Notes under the pieces: model-generated | Databases searched by the model: none | What the model was told of the DNA's origin: nothing | What the model saw: the letters and a program-made list of their open reading frames with translations, nothing else | In this document: positions 18,854 to 28,328 of the stretch, piece by piece | Layout of the letters: each line of letters starts with the position of its first letter | Numbering within the stretch: position 1 is the first letter of the stretch | DNA from: Kiritimatiellia bacterium | GTDB taxonomy: Bacteria > Verrucomicrobiota > Kiritimatiellia > RFP12 > UBA1067 | Direction of reading: 5' to 3' | Length of the DNA stretch: 64,000 nt | Assembly (NCBI GenBank): GCA_050949565.1 | Contig: JBMNFY010000021.1 | Span: forward strand, 1-64,000 | Position numbers and translations under genes: made by a program

Positions 18854-21133
18854 ATGAGCACGACAGCACCCCGTTCACACACTTGGCGTTTCTTCCGCAC
18901 CTGCGGACTCGACCAGGCACTCCTGACAACAGGCAGTGACATCGAGAATCTCGCCACGCTGGATCAGAAACTGTGGACCGCCCTGAGTTGTCCCACGCGC
19001 GGCCTTAGGTTCGACGCCGAGACGCTGGCACTGCTGGACACCGACAACGACGGCCGCATCCGCGTGCCCGAGCTACTCGACGCCATCGATTGGCTCGCCG
19101 TGCGTCTGGCCTCGTTCGACTCCCTGCTTGACGGCTCCGACACGGTCAAGCTCGACACCATTTCGACCACCACGCCCGAAGGCAAGGCGCTGCTCGTCAA
19201 TGCCAAACGCATCCTCTCTAACCTTGGCAAGCGTAAGTCAGATACCATCTGTCTGGCGGACGTTACCGACACCGCCAAAATTTTCGCTGGCACTCGCTTC
19301 AACGGCGACGGCATCGTGCCAGCCGAAGCCTCCGACGACCCGGCGATCCAGCAGACGATCACAGATATCATCACCCTGTTCGGTGCCGAGACCGACCGTA
19401 GCGGTAAGCCGGGCGTAAACCAGGCCAAGACCGACGCCTTCTTCGAGGCGGTCGCTGCGCGCCTGCAATGGGAAGCGGCAGCCAAGGCCGATCCCGCCAT
19501 TCTGCCGCTCGGCAAAAAGACCGCAGCGGCAGCGGCCGCCACCGCCGCCGTGCGCGTCAAAATCGATGACTATTTCACGCGTTGCCGCATGGCTGCCTTT
19601 GACCCGCGCGCCGCGCAGGCGCTCAGTCGCACCGATGCCGATCTGGCCGCATTGGCCGACCAAGAGTTGAGTGACACGCTACCGGCAATCGCCGCTTTCC
19701 CGCTCTCCAAAATCGAGGCGGGCCGCGACCTGCCGCTGCTCAGCGAAGCCAACCCCTACTGGGCCGACGCGCTGGCGGCGTTTCATGCCACGGCCGTCAA
19801 ACCGCTACTGAAGAAAAGCGTGACCGCGCTTTCTGCCGCGCAGTGGCAAACCATCAAAACCAAACTGGCCCCTTACGACGCCTGGCTGGCCGCGGAGACC
19901 GGCAAGGAGGTGGCCGCGCTATCCGCCGACCGGCTGGAAGCCTGTGCCGACGACAAAGTCAAGGCTGCCATCACCGAGTTGATCGCCAAAGATCTGGAGT
20001 TGGAAGCCGAAAACGCGCAGATCACCGAGGTAGAGCGCTTGATCCGCTATCACGCCAATCTGATGACCCTGCTGAACAACTACGTCAACATGGGACGGCT
20101 CTACGACCCTAACGCCACGGCGATTTTCCAAGTCGGGACGCTCTACATGGACGCGCGTGCCGCTGACCTCTGCTTCCATGTCGATAGCGTCGACGCGCAC
20201 GCGACGCTGGCGGCAGCCAGCAAGTGCTGCCTCGCCTATTGCACGCTCACCCGTTCTGCCACCAAGGAGACGCGCACCATTTGTGCCGCCTTTACAGCCG
20301 GTTTTGCGCAGACACTGTGGGTGGGCCGCAACGGCATCTTCTACGATCTCGACGGCAAGGACTGGGATGCGACGATCGTCAAGATCGTGGACAACGCGAT
20401 CTCTTTGAAGGAAGCATTCTGGGAGCCGTGGCGCAAGATCGCAGCCATGATCTCCACGCAGATCAACAAGCTCCTCGCCTCCAAGCAGGATGCCGCGCTG
20501 GCCGCAGCCTCCAAGCAGGTCGACTCGGCAAGCGCCGCTGCGGTGGCACCGGCATCCACCGCCGCGCCTGAAGCACCCAAGAAAATGGATGGCGCGGCGC
20601 TGGCCTCCTCGGTCGCGGCGCTCGGCATCGCGATCGGCTTAATCGGTTCGGCTGTAGGTGGCTTGGTCAGCGTGCTGGCCGGACTGCCGCTCTGGAAGAC
20701 GCTGGTCGGCGTGGCCGCAGTCATTCTGATCGTCTCCGGACCGTCGATGATTCTCACATGGTTCAAGCTACGCGCGCGCGATCTGGCACCGATCCTCAAC
20801 GCCTGTGGATGGGCGGTCAACCGCCGCCTGCGCTTCTCGCTCAAACTGGGGCGTCTCTTCACGAGCGAGGCCACGCTACCGGAGAATGCCACGCGCGAAC
20901 TCAAGGATCCGTATGCGGACGACACCTCAACGCGCAATACCGTGATCACGCTGCTGGTGCTCGCAGCGATTGTCGGCGCGCTCTGGATGGCCGGTGTGCT
21001 GGACAACGCGATGCCCGATTGTCTCAAACGCAAACAGCCTGCCTGTGCAGATCCAGCGACTATCGAGGCACCTGCCACACCGGCCGCCGCACCTGACGCC
21101 GCACCGGCCGCCGCACCCGCCGCCACACCATGA
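18854..21133 (+). CDS. Hypothetical membrane-anchored protein with an N-terminal EF-hand-like loop
   Basis: Long ORF with genomic codon bias; DTDNDGRIRVPE loop; C-terminal TM helices and Ala/Pro tail. Confidence 0.8.
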   Translation: MSTTAPRSHTWRFFRTCGLDQALLTTGSDIENLATLDQKLWTALSCPTRGLRFDAETLALLDTDNDGRIRVPELLDAIDWLAVRLASFDSLLDGSDTVKLDTISTTTPEGKALLVNAKRILSNLGKRKSDTICLADVTDTAKIFAGTRFNGDGIVPAEASDDPAIQQTITDIITLFGAETDRSGKPGVNQAKTDAFFEAVAARLQWEAAAKADPAILPLGKKTAAAAAATAAVRVKIDDYFTRCRMAAFDPRAAQALSRTDADLAALADQELSDTLPAIAAFPLSKIEAGRDLPLLSEANPYWADALAAFHATAVKPLLKKSVTALSAAQWQTIKTKLAPYDAWLAAETGKEVAALSADRLEACADDKVKAAITELIAKDLELEAENAQITEVERLIRYHANLMTLLNNYVNMGRLYDPNATAIFQVGTLYMDARAADLCFHVDSVDAHATLAAASKCCLAYCTLTRSATKETRTICAAFTAGFAQTLWVGRNGIFYDLDGKDWDATIVKIVDNAISLKEAFWEPWRKIAAMISTQINKLLASKQDAALAAASKQVDSASAAAVAPASTAAPEAPKKMDGAALASSVAALGIAIGLIGSAVGGLVSVLAGLPLWKTLVGVAAVILIVSGPSMILTWFKLRARDLAPILNACGWAVNRRLRFSLKLGRLFTSEATLPENATRELKDPYADDTSTRNTVITLLVLAAIVGALWMAGVLDNAMPDCLKRKQPACADPATIEAPATPAAAPDAAPAAAPAATP

Positions 21134-21543
21134 TCCCAACCGTCGATCAACTGAAACAACGCTGTTACCGTTACGGGCCGGCCGTCGTGCTGTCGCTGCT
21201 GATCCCGATGATGTCGTTGCTGCCCGCCCGCTTCTTTTCCCGTTTTAGCAACTCGTCGTCCATCCCCCATGTGGACAAATGGATACACGCGCTGATATAT
21301 GCCGCCCTGAGCCTGGCGCTGTATCATGCACTCTCTCCCGAAGCGCGCAAACGCCCCGGGCCACCACTGGTGGCCGCTGCGGCCGCCTCGCTTTACGGAG
21401 CGCTGATGGAGCTCGCTCAAGGATTTTTTACGCGCTCGCGGGGACAGGATCCCATGGACGCGCTTGCCAACGCTGTGGGCGCCTTCGGTGTGATCCTCGT
21501 CATCATGTTGGGCACGCGTATACGCCGTTCAAACCATGAGTGA
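21130..21543 (+). CDS. VanZ family membrane protein
   Basis: DKWIHALIYA, ELAQGF..R and DALANAVG motifs. Confidence 0.8.
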   Translation: MIPTVDQLKQRCYRYGPAVVLSLLIPMMSLLPARFFSRFSNSSSIPHVDKWIHALIYAALSLALYHALSPEARKRPGPPLVAAAAASLYGALMELAQGFFTRSRGQDPMDALANAVGAFGVILVIMLGTRIRRSNHE

Positions 21544-22903
21544 CCCTGACACAGATCTCTTTGCCGATAGTGATATCGACGAAGGCACCGCAGCGGAAAG
21601 CGCTGCCGCGCAACACCGGCAGCCGCTGGCGGCGCGCATGCGCCCTACCGCGCTCGAAGACGTGCTCGGCCAGGACCACATCCTCGGCCCCGGCAAGCTG
21701 TTGCGCCGCGTCATCGAGGCCGACCGGCTTACCAACCTAATCTTTTACGGACCTCCGGGTTGCGGCAAGACCACGCTTGCCGAGGTCATCGCGCGGGTCA
21801 CCCGCCGCCGCTTTGAACGCACTTCCGGCGTGCTCTCCAATGTCGCCGGACTGCGCACAGTGTGCGAGACCGCCCGGCTGTTCAAGGACGGCCCCGGCAC
21901 CGTGCTGTTCGTGGATGAAATCCACCGCTTCAACAAATCGCAACAGGACGTGCTGCTACCCTATGTGGAGAACGGCACCGTCACGCTAATCGGCGCGACC
22001 ACCCATAACCCCAATGTCTTCATCAACAGTCCGCTGACATCGCGCTCGCTGGTCTTCGAACTGCGGCCGTTGAACGAAGAGGCGATCACCGCGCTGATTC
22101 AGCGTGCGCTCACCGACACCGCGCAGGGGTTGGGCCACCTGCAGATCGATCTTGCGCCGGCCGCCATGACCTTTCTGGCGACCATCTGCGACGGTGACGC
22201 ACGACGCGCACTGACTGCACTCGAGGTGGCCGCACTCTCCACGCCGCCCGACGCCGACGGCGTGATCCGGCTGACGCACAGTGTGGTCGAAGAGTGCGTC
22301 CAACGCAAGATGGTGCTCTACGACAGAGATGAAGACGGACACTACGACACGATTTCCGCTTTCATCAAATCGGTGCGCGGCTCCGATCCGCACGCGGCGG
22401 TCTACTGGCTCGCCAAGATGCTCGAAGCCGGCGAAGACCCGCGCTTCATCGCGCGCCGCTTGATCATCCTTGCCTCCGAAGACATCGGCAACGCCGATCC
22501 GCGCGGGCTCACGGTCGCCGTGGCTGCGATGCAGGCGGTCGAGTTCATCGGCATGCCCGAGGCGCGCATCTCCCTGGCGCAAGCCACCACCTACCTCGCC
22601 ACCGCGCCCAAGAGCAACGCCTCCTACCTGGCCGTGGAAGAAGCGCTCAAGGATGTGCGTTCCGGCCGAATGCTGGCTGTGCCGGAGCATCTCAAAAACC
22701 TGCATGTTAAGGCGATCGGCCGCGACGAACCTGATGAGCCTTACAAATACCCGCATGATTACGACCAGCACACCGTCCGGCAGGACTATCTTCCGGTCGA
22801 CAGGCACTATTACCGGCCTACCACCCAAGGTTATGAAGAGACCATCGGCAAACGTATGGCGCATGTCGAGGTTCTGAAGCGCAAGCCTATGCAAGATCCA
22901 TGA
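21536..22903 (+). CDS. rarA: Replication-associated recombination protein A (MgsA)
   Basis: PLAARMRP, GPPGCGKTT, DEIHRFNK and SAFIKSVRGSD motifs. Confidence 0.95.
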   Translation: MSDPDTDLFADSDIDEGTAAESAAAQHRQPLAARMRPTALEDVLGQDHILGPGKLLRRVIEADRLTNLIFYGPPGCGKTTLAEVIARVTRRRFERTSGVLSNVAGLRTVCETARLFKDGPGTVLFVDEIHRFNKSQQDVLLPYVENGTVTLIGATTHNPNVFINSPLTSRSLVFELRPLNEEAITALIQRALTDTAQGLGHLQIDLAPAAMTFLATICDGDARRALTALEVAALSTPPDADGVIRLTHSVVEECVQRKMVLYDRDEDGHYDTISAFIKSVRGSDPHAAVYWLAKMLEAGEDPRFIARRLIILASEDIGNADPRGLTVAVAAMQAVEFIGMPEARISLAQATTYLATAPKSNASYLAVEEALKDVRSGRMLAVPEHLKNLHVKAIGRDEPDEPYKYPHDYDQHTVRQDYLPVDRHYYRPTTQGYEETIGKRMAHVEVLKRKPMQDP

Positions 22904-22930
22904 CACCCGTCTTTACAATCACGCAAACGA

Positions 22931-23027
22931 GGTTCTTGCAAGACCCCTTGCTTACAGGTGTGGCACGGGCATCTTGCCCGTGTTTCATGGGCGGGACGCC
23001 CATGCCACGAGAGATTTTGCAAGAGCC
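22931..23027 (+). repeat. REP copy 3 (22960-23008) inside outer TCTTGCAA/TTGCAAGA inverted arms
   Basis: Same composite layout as 24655-24751. Confidence 0.85.
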
Positions 23028-23051
23028 GCAAACCTGAAAGGAAGCATCATC

Positions 23052-24047
23052 ATGAAGAGCACACTGAAAATCCCCGGCTTCGTCGATCTCCAAGTCAATG
23101 GTTTCGTTGGCGTGGACTTCAGCAGCGAAGCCCTCACCGAAGAAGGCTTCATCCATGCCGCACGCACATTGCTGGAGCGCGGCACTGCGGCGTTTCTGCC
23201 GACTCTGATCACCAACCACGAAGCACTGCTGCGCCGCAATCTCACGATCATCGTGCGCGCGCTCAAAAAAGATGCCATGCTCGACCGCCACATTCTGGGC
23301 TTCCACCTCGAAGGCCCGTTCATCTCGGCGGAACCCGGCGCAGTCGGCGCACATAATCCGGCGGCCGTGCTCGCGCCCTCATGCGAAGCCTTCGACAAGC
23401 TACGGGAGTGGGCAGACGGAAGGCTGCGCCTGCTGACGATTGCGGCGGAAGCGCCGGGTGCCGATCAGCTCGCGCGTCACGCCGTCGCCTGCGGCGTGGC
23501 GGTTTCATGCGGCCATCACTTGGCCGGTCCCGACGACGTGGCACGACTCGCCGAGGCTGGTGCCACCGCGCTCACACACCTTGGCAACGGCATGCCCAAT
23601 CAGGTACACCGGCACAACAATCCCCTGCTCGCCGCACTCGCCGAAGAACGGCTCAAGATCCTCTTCATTCCGGATGGCCACCACCTGCCCCGCCATGTGC
23701 TCAAAGTGTTCGCACGCGCGGCCGGGGTGGAACGGTTGATCGCGACAACCGATGCCGCGTCTGCGGCAGGTCTGCCGCCGGGGCGCTACGACGTGCTGGG
23801 CAACCATGCCGTGCTCGAGCCGGATGGACGCCTCCACAATCCCGAAAAGCAATGCCTGGTAGGCTCTTCAGCCACCATGGTTGAGTGCATGAACGTGCTG
23901 CACGCCCTCGGCTGCTTTTCACTGGACGACCTGCTGCGCATCGGATTCTACAATCCCCTCCAGTTGATCGGCACCGATCCGGCCGAAATTCCATCGTGCA
24001 AACACGGCATCACCTTTGCGCCGGACGCCGGCTTCGCGCTGTCTTGA
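23052..24047 (+). CDS. nagA: N-acetylglucosamine-6-phosphate deacetylase
   Basis: PGFVDLQVNG, HLEGPFIS, THLGNGM and DGHH motifs. Confidence 0.9.
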   Translation: MKSTLKIPGFVDLQVNGFVGVDFSSEALTEEGFIHAARTLLERGTAAFLPTLITNHEALLRRNLTIIVRALKKDAMLDRHILGFHLEGPFISAEPGAVGAHNPAAVLAPSCEAFDKLREWADGRLRLLTIAAEAPGADQLARHAVACGVAVSCGHHLAGPDDVARLAEAGATALTHLGNGMPNQVHRHNNPLLAALAEERLKILFIPDGHHLPRHVLKVFARAAGVERLIATTDAASAAGLPPGRYDVLGNHAVLEPDGRLHNPEKQCLVGSSATMVECMNVLHALGCFSLDDLLRIGFYNPLQLIGTDPAEIPSCKHGITFAPDAGFALS

Positions 24048-24073
24048 CGCACACAACCGCAATGCGCTAAAAT
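24044..24073 (+). promoter_or_regulatory. Putative sigma70 promoter of the TA operon
   Basis: TTGACG-18bp-TAAAAT upstream of an AGGAG RBS. Confidence 0.55.
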
Positions 24074-24107
24074 CTGTACCGAATTTAGGACTAAAAGGAG
24101 CACCGAA

Positions 24108-24359
24108 ATGCTTACCATCCCTGCACAAGAGGTCAAGCGGCGCGGAATTAGCGCTGTGAATGACCAACTGCAAAACGGCCCCGTCTGGATCATCAGCAAC
24201 AATCAGCCCAAGTATGTGGTGATGGACAGCGAGATGTTTCAGGCAATGGAAGATGAGCTGTCGGCACTGCGAGTCGCGCTTTCCGAAGCCGATATCCGCG
24301 CGGGACGCTACACACGCGGTTCAGCCGATCAACTGATGGCGGAACTGGACGAGGACTGA
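24108..24359 (+). CDS. Phd/YefM-like antitoxin
   Basis: GPVWIISNNQPKYVVM pattern; upstream of a RelE-type toxin. Confidence 0.75.
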   Translation: MLTIPAQEVKRRGISAVNDQLQNGPVWIISNNQPKYVVMDSEMFQAMEDELSALRVALSEADIRAGRYTRGSADQLMAELDED

Positions 24360-24366
24360 ACTCCGT

Positions 24367-24648
24367 ATGCGGCGTTTCTCTCTCGTCTGGTCCTCGTGCT
24401 TCAAGCGAACTGCGAAGCTTTTTCTCCGGCAACATCCGGATTTGCGCGATGTCCTGAGCGATGTCCTGCACAAACTGGAATGCGATCCCCATGATCCTGC
24501 GCTTCGGCTTCATGCGTTGCGCGGCAAGCTCGAAGGCAAACAGGCCGTGAGCTTGACCTATTCCTATCGCTTAGTGGTGACGGTCGAAACCACTGAAAGC
24601 GAAATCATTCTTCACGACATCGGTTCCCACGACAAGGTTTACAAATAA
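24367..24648 (+). CDS. RelE/YafQ-type toxin
   Basis: LRLHALRGKL, YSYRLV and C-terminal IGSHDKVY. Confidence 0.85.
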   Translation: MRRFSLVWSSCFKRTAKLFLRQHPDLRDVLSDVLHKLECDPHDPALRLHALRGKLEGKQAVSLTYSYRLVVTVETTESEIILHDIGSHDKVYK

Positions 24649-24654
24649 CCAAGA

Positions 24655-24751
24655 GGGTCTTGCAAAAAACCTTACTTGCAGGTGTGGCACGGGCATCTTG
24701 CCCGTGTTTTCATGGGCGGGACGCCTATGCCACGAGGGGTTTTGCAAGAGC
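24655..24751 (+). repeat. REP copy 4 (24684-24733) inside outer inverted arms
   Basis: Matches 22931-23027. Confidence 0.85.
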
Positions 24752-24779
24752 CTCAACCGAGGAAAAGAGGAAACAGCAG

Positions 24780-25400
24780 ATGAAACTCATGGTGATCTCC
24801 GACGTGCACGGGCACACCAAACAGGTTGGTGCGTTGCACGAGGCCTGCGCCGGGGTTGACGCACTGATCATGTGCGGCGACTTCACCACCTTCGGTTCGC
24901 ACGACCAGATCCAACGTGTCGCGGATGCGCTGCGCGTTCCCGACCTGCCCTGTTACTTTGTGATCGGCAACTGCGACTGTATGGAGCTTGATGGCGCGCT
25001 GAATGGCTGGACCAATCTGCACGCGCGTTGCGTGACACTTGGCGAATGGACGCTGACCGGCCTCGGCGGGGCACTGCCCTGCCCCTCGCCGACGCCCACC
25101 GAGTTTCCGGAATCGGAGTACGACGTGCATCTCAAGCGTCTGTACCAGGCATGTGCGACGGATGCGTCGCGGACCATTCTGGTCGTCCACCAGCCTCCTT
25201 ACGGCACCTCGACCGATATGCTGTACGACGGCACGCATGTCGGCTCGCATGCACTGCGCGCTTTTATCGACCGCTACCAGCCTGCCTGCTGCCTCTCGGG
25301 CCACATCCACGAAGCCGCATCGCGCAGTCACTGCGGCTCTACACTCGTCGTCAACCCCGGCCCCTTTGCCAAGGGCATGTTTGCGCTTGTCGAGTTATGA
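24780..25400 (+). CDS. Calcineurin-like metallophosphoesterase
   Basis: SDVHG, GDFT, GNCD and GHIHE motifs. Confidence 0.9.
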   Translation: MKLMVISDVHGHTKQVGALHEACAGVDALIMCGDFTTFGSHDQIQRVADALRVPDLPCYFVIGNCDCMELDGALNGWTNLHARCVTLGEWTLTGLGGALPCPSPTPTEFPESEYDVHLKRLYQACATDASRTILVVHQPPYGTSTDMLYDGTHVGSHALRAFIDRYQPACCLSGHIHEAASRSHCGSTLVVNPGPFAKGMFALVEL

Positions 25401-25587
25401 CGATCAAGAAAGATGACAAATGAAAAAGCTCGTTAGTGCCTTACAGCACGCAGGCCCATCAGGAGGGCGGCTACGAGGGCCTTTCCGCCTGGTTTGCCCC
25501 TCCTGCAGGCGATATGATCGTGGCAGCCAGCGTGACACAACTTAAGGAACTGAAGAAGGAAAACTAATTCATTGAGGAGGAACAGGT

Positions 25588-26721
25588 ATGAAACGGATTG
25601 TGGAAATGGCGATGCTGTTGGTGGGAACCGCGCTGGTTGTTGCGGCGGAACCGTGGGTCAAGGGTGACGCGAGGTACAGGCCCACGCTTTTCAAGCAGTT
25701 CGGTGCAGTACTCAACACGCCGGATGGGTTGGCCTTGGATACGGCAGGCAACGTCTACCTCTCCGCAGTCAATGGTGTGGACGGCTCCTACCCCGGACAC
25801 ATCTGGCGCATGGAACGCGCGACCGGGAGGTGGTCGGTCTTCACACCGTGCAAAATGCACCCAGAGACGCATGCCGCCTCTCCCATGGGGTTGGCTTTCG
25901 ATCCGCAGGGCAACCTCTACTACGCGGACGCGCAGTACTTCGCGAACCGCAACTACCAGTCACGTATCCTGCGTGTTGTGATCCGGGATGGCGAGCCGCG
26001 GCACATCGAAACGGTAGTGGAGCACATCAAACTGCCCAACGCGCTGCGATGGCATGACGGCGCGCTCTACTTCACGGAATCATTCTTCGATGTGGCGGAC
26101 GCATATCAGAGCGGTGTGTACCGTATCCCGGCGGCGGACTTGCGTCCGGATAAGCCGGCGCGGCTGCTGGATAAGGAGCGGGCCGCAACCGACCCTTATT
26201 GCGTGGGGATTGTCGAGACCGTTCTGCACGATCGCGGCACCGCCAACAACAAGCCGGAGGTCCGGCCCACGAATCCCTCGCTGCACATCTACACCGCTGG
26301 GTGCGACGGCATGGATTTCGACCGGGACGGCAATCTCTACACCGGCTCGTTCGGCGACGGACGGTTTTGGGTCCTGCGGCCTTTGGGCAACGGGCGTTAC
26401 GCCAAACCGGAGCTGCTCCATGCGGGGACGGTCACCTGCTGCGACGGCATCTGTTACGACGCGGCGCGTCACCAAATCCTGCTGACCGCCGCAGAGCAGA
26501 ACGCGATTTACGCCTGGGACATCGCACACAAGAAGATGAACTTGATATGGGCCAACGGCGACACCGATGGTGCCGACGGACTGCTCGATCAGCCGTGCGA
26601 GGTACTGATGCTGGACGCCAATCGCGTGCTGGTGGTCAATATCGACGCGCCTTCGCCCTTCATGGTGAACACCAAGCCGGACGAGGTGCATACGCTGAGT
26701 GTGATTACGCTGGGCCGGTGA
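25588..26721 (+). CDS. Secreted SMP-30/gluconolactonase-like beta-propeller protein
   Basis: Repeated PDGLALD, PMGLAFD and CDGMDFD blades; GAGGAGG RBS; signal peptide. Confidence 0.75.
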   Translation: MKRIVEMAMLLVGTALVVAAEPWVKGDARYRPTLFKQFGAVLNTPDGLALDTAGNVYLSAVNGVDGSYPGHIWRMERATGRWSVFTPCKMHPETHAASPMGLAFDPQGNLYYADAQYFANRNYQSRILRVVIRDGEPRHIETVVEHIKLPNALRWHDGALYFTESFFDVADAYQSGVYRIPAADLRPDKPARLLDKERAATDPYCVGIVETVLHDRGTANNKPEVRPTNPSLHIYTAGCDGMDFDRDGNLYTGSFGDGRFWVLRPLGNGRYAKPELLHAGTVTCCDGICYDAARHQILLTAAEQNAIYAWDIAHKKMNLIWANGDTDGADGLLDQPCEVLMLDANRVLVVNIDAPSPFMVNTKPDEVHTLSVITLGR

Positions 26722-26753
26722 GTTGGTCGGCTAGAACTCTAGCATACGACCAA

Positions 26754-27803
26754 CTAACTTTGGGCTGATATACACTTGCCGATGATGTCGACGGACTCCT
26801 TCAGGGCGGCCTCGTCACTACGTTGAGTCCGGGCCCAACTGGCCATCATGAACCCCTTGAGCCGTTCAGGCGCAACCGCCTTCTTGCAATACTCTATCGT
26901 CTCTTGCATGTTCTGCGGACAGTTCCTGTCCCAGTTTGATCCGGTCGGCACCTGATCGAAGCCGCCGGCCTCCAGCCAATCGTACGCCTTGATGTACGTT
27001 TCGCGCGCGGACCCGGGCTTGACATCCTTGAAGCCATGATAGTACCAATTGGACTGCAGCACGCTGCGTGGCATCCGCTTCAGGAACTCATCCTTATGTC
27101 CCCAAATGTAGTCAGACCATATCCACGGCCGCACGCCTTTATCCTCAACCTGCTTCACAAACCACAGGAAATCGTGCCACCAAAGATCGCCCTGACGGAT
27201 GATACACATGCGGTAGCGTTCGGCGCTTTGGTGCCCAGCGGTCTCCTCGTCGTAGCCGAGATGGAAATAGCGGGGCGTGCCGAAAATCTCAATCGTGTCG
27301 CGGATGACGTCGGAACACACCTGATAGTATTTCTGCGTTGACAGCATCCGTTGATAATCCTTGAGCCAACTATCGTGCGTCGCTGAAAAATTGAGTTTCG
27401 GAATGACCTCAAGCCCCATCGCCTCCAGACGCTTCTTCTCCGCCTGCATTTTCTCCGGTTCCCACGACCCCTTCACCGCGAGTTCGGGATGGCTCGGGAA
27501 CTTCATGAATTCACCGAGATCGATAATGACGGTGTTGATACCCGCCTTAGGCAGTTGCGGCGACACTTCTTTCCATAACTCTTCGTCAAAGCGGACGTGA
27601 TCCGCCATGCAACGCGTCAGGTAATGCGGCTTCGCGTCTTTGGGCGCTTCGTCAAGCGGCGTGTCGTACCAGTTGTTGAACCCGAAGTGTACAAGAAACG
27701 CCCACATCGTGCCCTTATTCGCGGGCGATACCGCAAATGCCGGATCAATCACCGTCGTGGCTGCGGCACCAGCAATCGTTCCGATAAACTCTCTTCTGTT
27801 CAT
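26754..27803 (-). CDS. Tat-exported glycoside-hydrolase-like TIM-barrel protein
   Basis: MNRREFIG Tat signal; FHLGYDEE motif resembling GH20-type HxGxDE. Confidence 0.65.
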   Translation of the reverse strand: MNRREFIGTIAGAAATTVIDPAFAVSPANKGTMWAFLVHFGFNNWYDTPLDEAPKDAKPHYLTRCMADHVRFDEELWKEVSPQLPKAGINTVIIDLGEFMKFPSHPELAVKGSWEPEKMQAEKKRLEAMGLEVIPKLNFSATHDSWLKDYQRMLSTQKYYQVCSDVIRDTIEIFGTPRYFHLGYDEETAGHQSAERYRMCIIRQGDLWWHDFLWFVKQVEDKGVRPWIWSDYIWGHKDEFLKRMPRSVLQSNWYYHGFKDVKPGSARETYIKAYDWLEAGGFDQVPTGSNWDRNCPQNMQETIEYCKKAVAPERLKGFMMASWARTQRSDEAALKESVDIIGKCISAQS

Positions 27804-27864
27804 GTTCCTACCCTTCCTTAGGTCTTTTCCAGATCATACAACACCCCGTGCATAAAGCCAATCG

Positions 27865-28256
27865 CTAACGCGGGCGAAGCCCGCATTCCAAGTTCATTAG
27901 TGCCTTACGGCTCGACAAGCGCGATAAAAAACAGGTTGTTTCCTCACACGAAGGCACAAAGGGCACTAAGGTTTTCATTTTTGCGCGCCATCCAGATGCC
28001 CCTCCAACTCTTGTCATCGGGTTTGCGAAGCGTTGGGAGGGGCAAGCGTCTGCTTGCCCGCGGACGAGCGATGCTCGTCCCGGCGCTCTGCGAGGAAGCC
28101 TGAGACCATCCTTGCGCAACGAAAGGCGGCTCGTGGGGACACTCGCCCTCCAATCTTCGCGTCTTCGCGCCTTCGCGTGAATCGCGACCCGCGACTTGCG
28201 ACCTGCAGCCAGTCATCCCCCAAAAAACCTCTGCGCCTCTGCGTCCCTGCGTTAAA
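27865..28256. repeat. Composite intergenic repeat block
   Basis: Modules shared with 9973-10009, 31645-31735, 34681-34845, 49779-49872 and 50286-50355. Confidence 0.75.
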
Positions 28257-28328
28257 TACACCCGCTTTCGCCTTGATACCCGCGCCCGCAAAGCCTATGC
28301 TTTGTCCTATCGGTTTTACAGGTTTTCT

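Noticed and set aside
22974-23051. Extended N-termini of nagA (and of the phosphoesterase at 24660)
   Set aside because: The extensions run through REP DNA; downstream ATGs with RBS-like sequences fit the family starts
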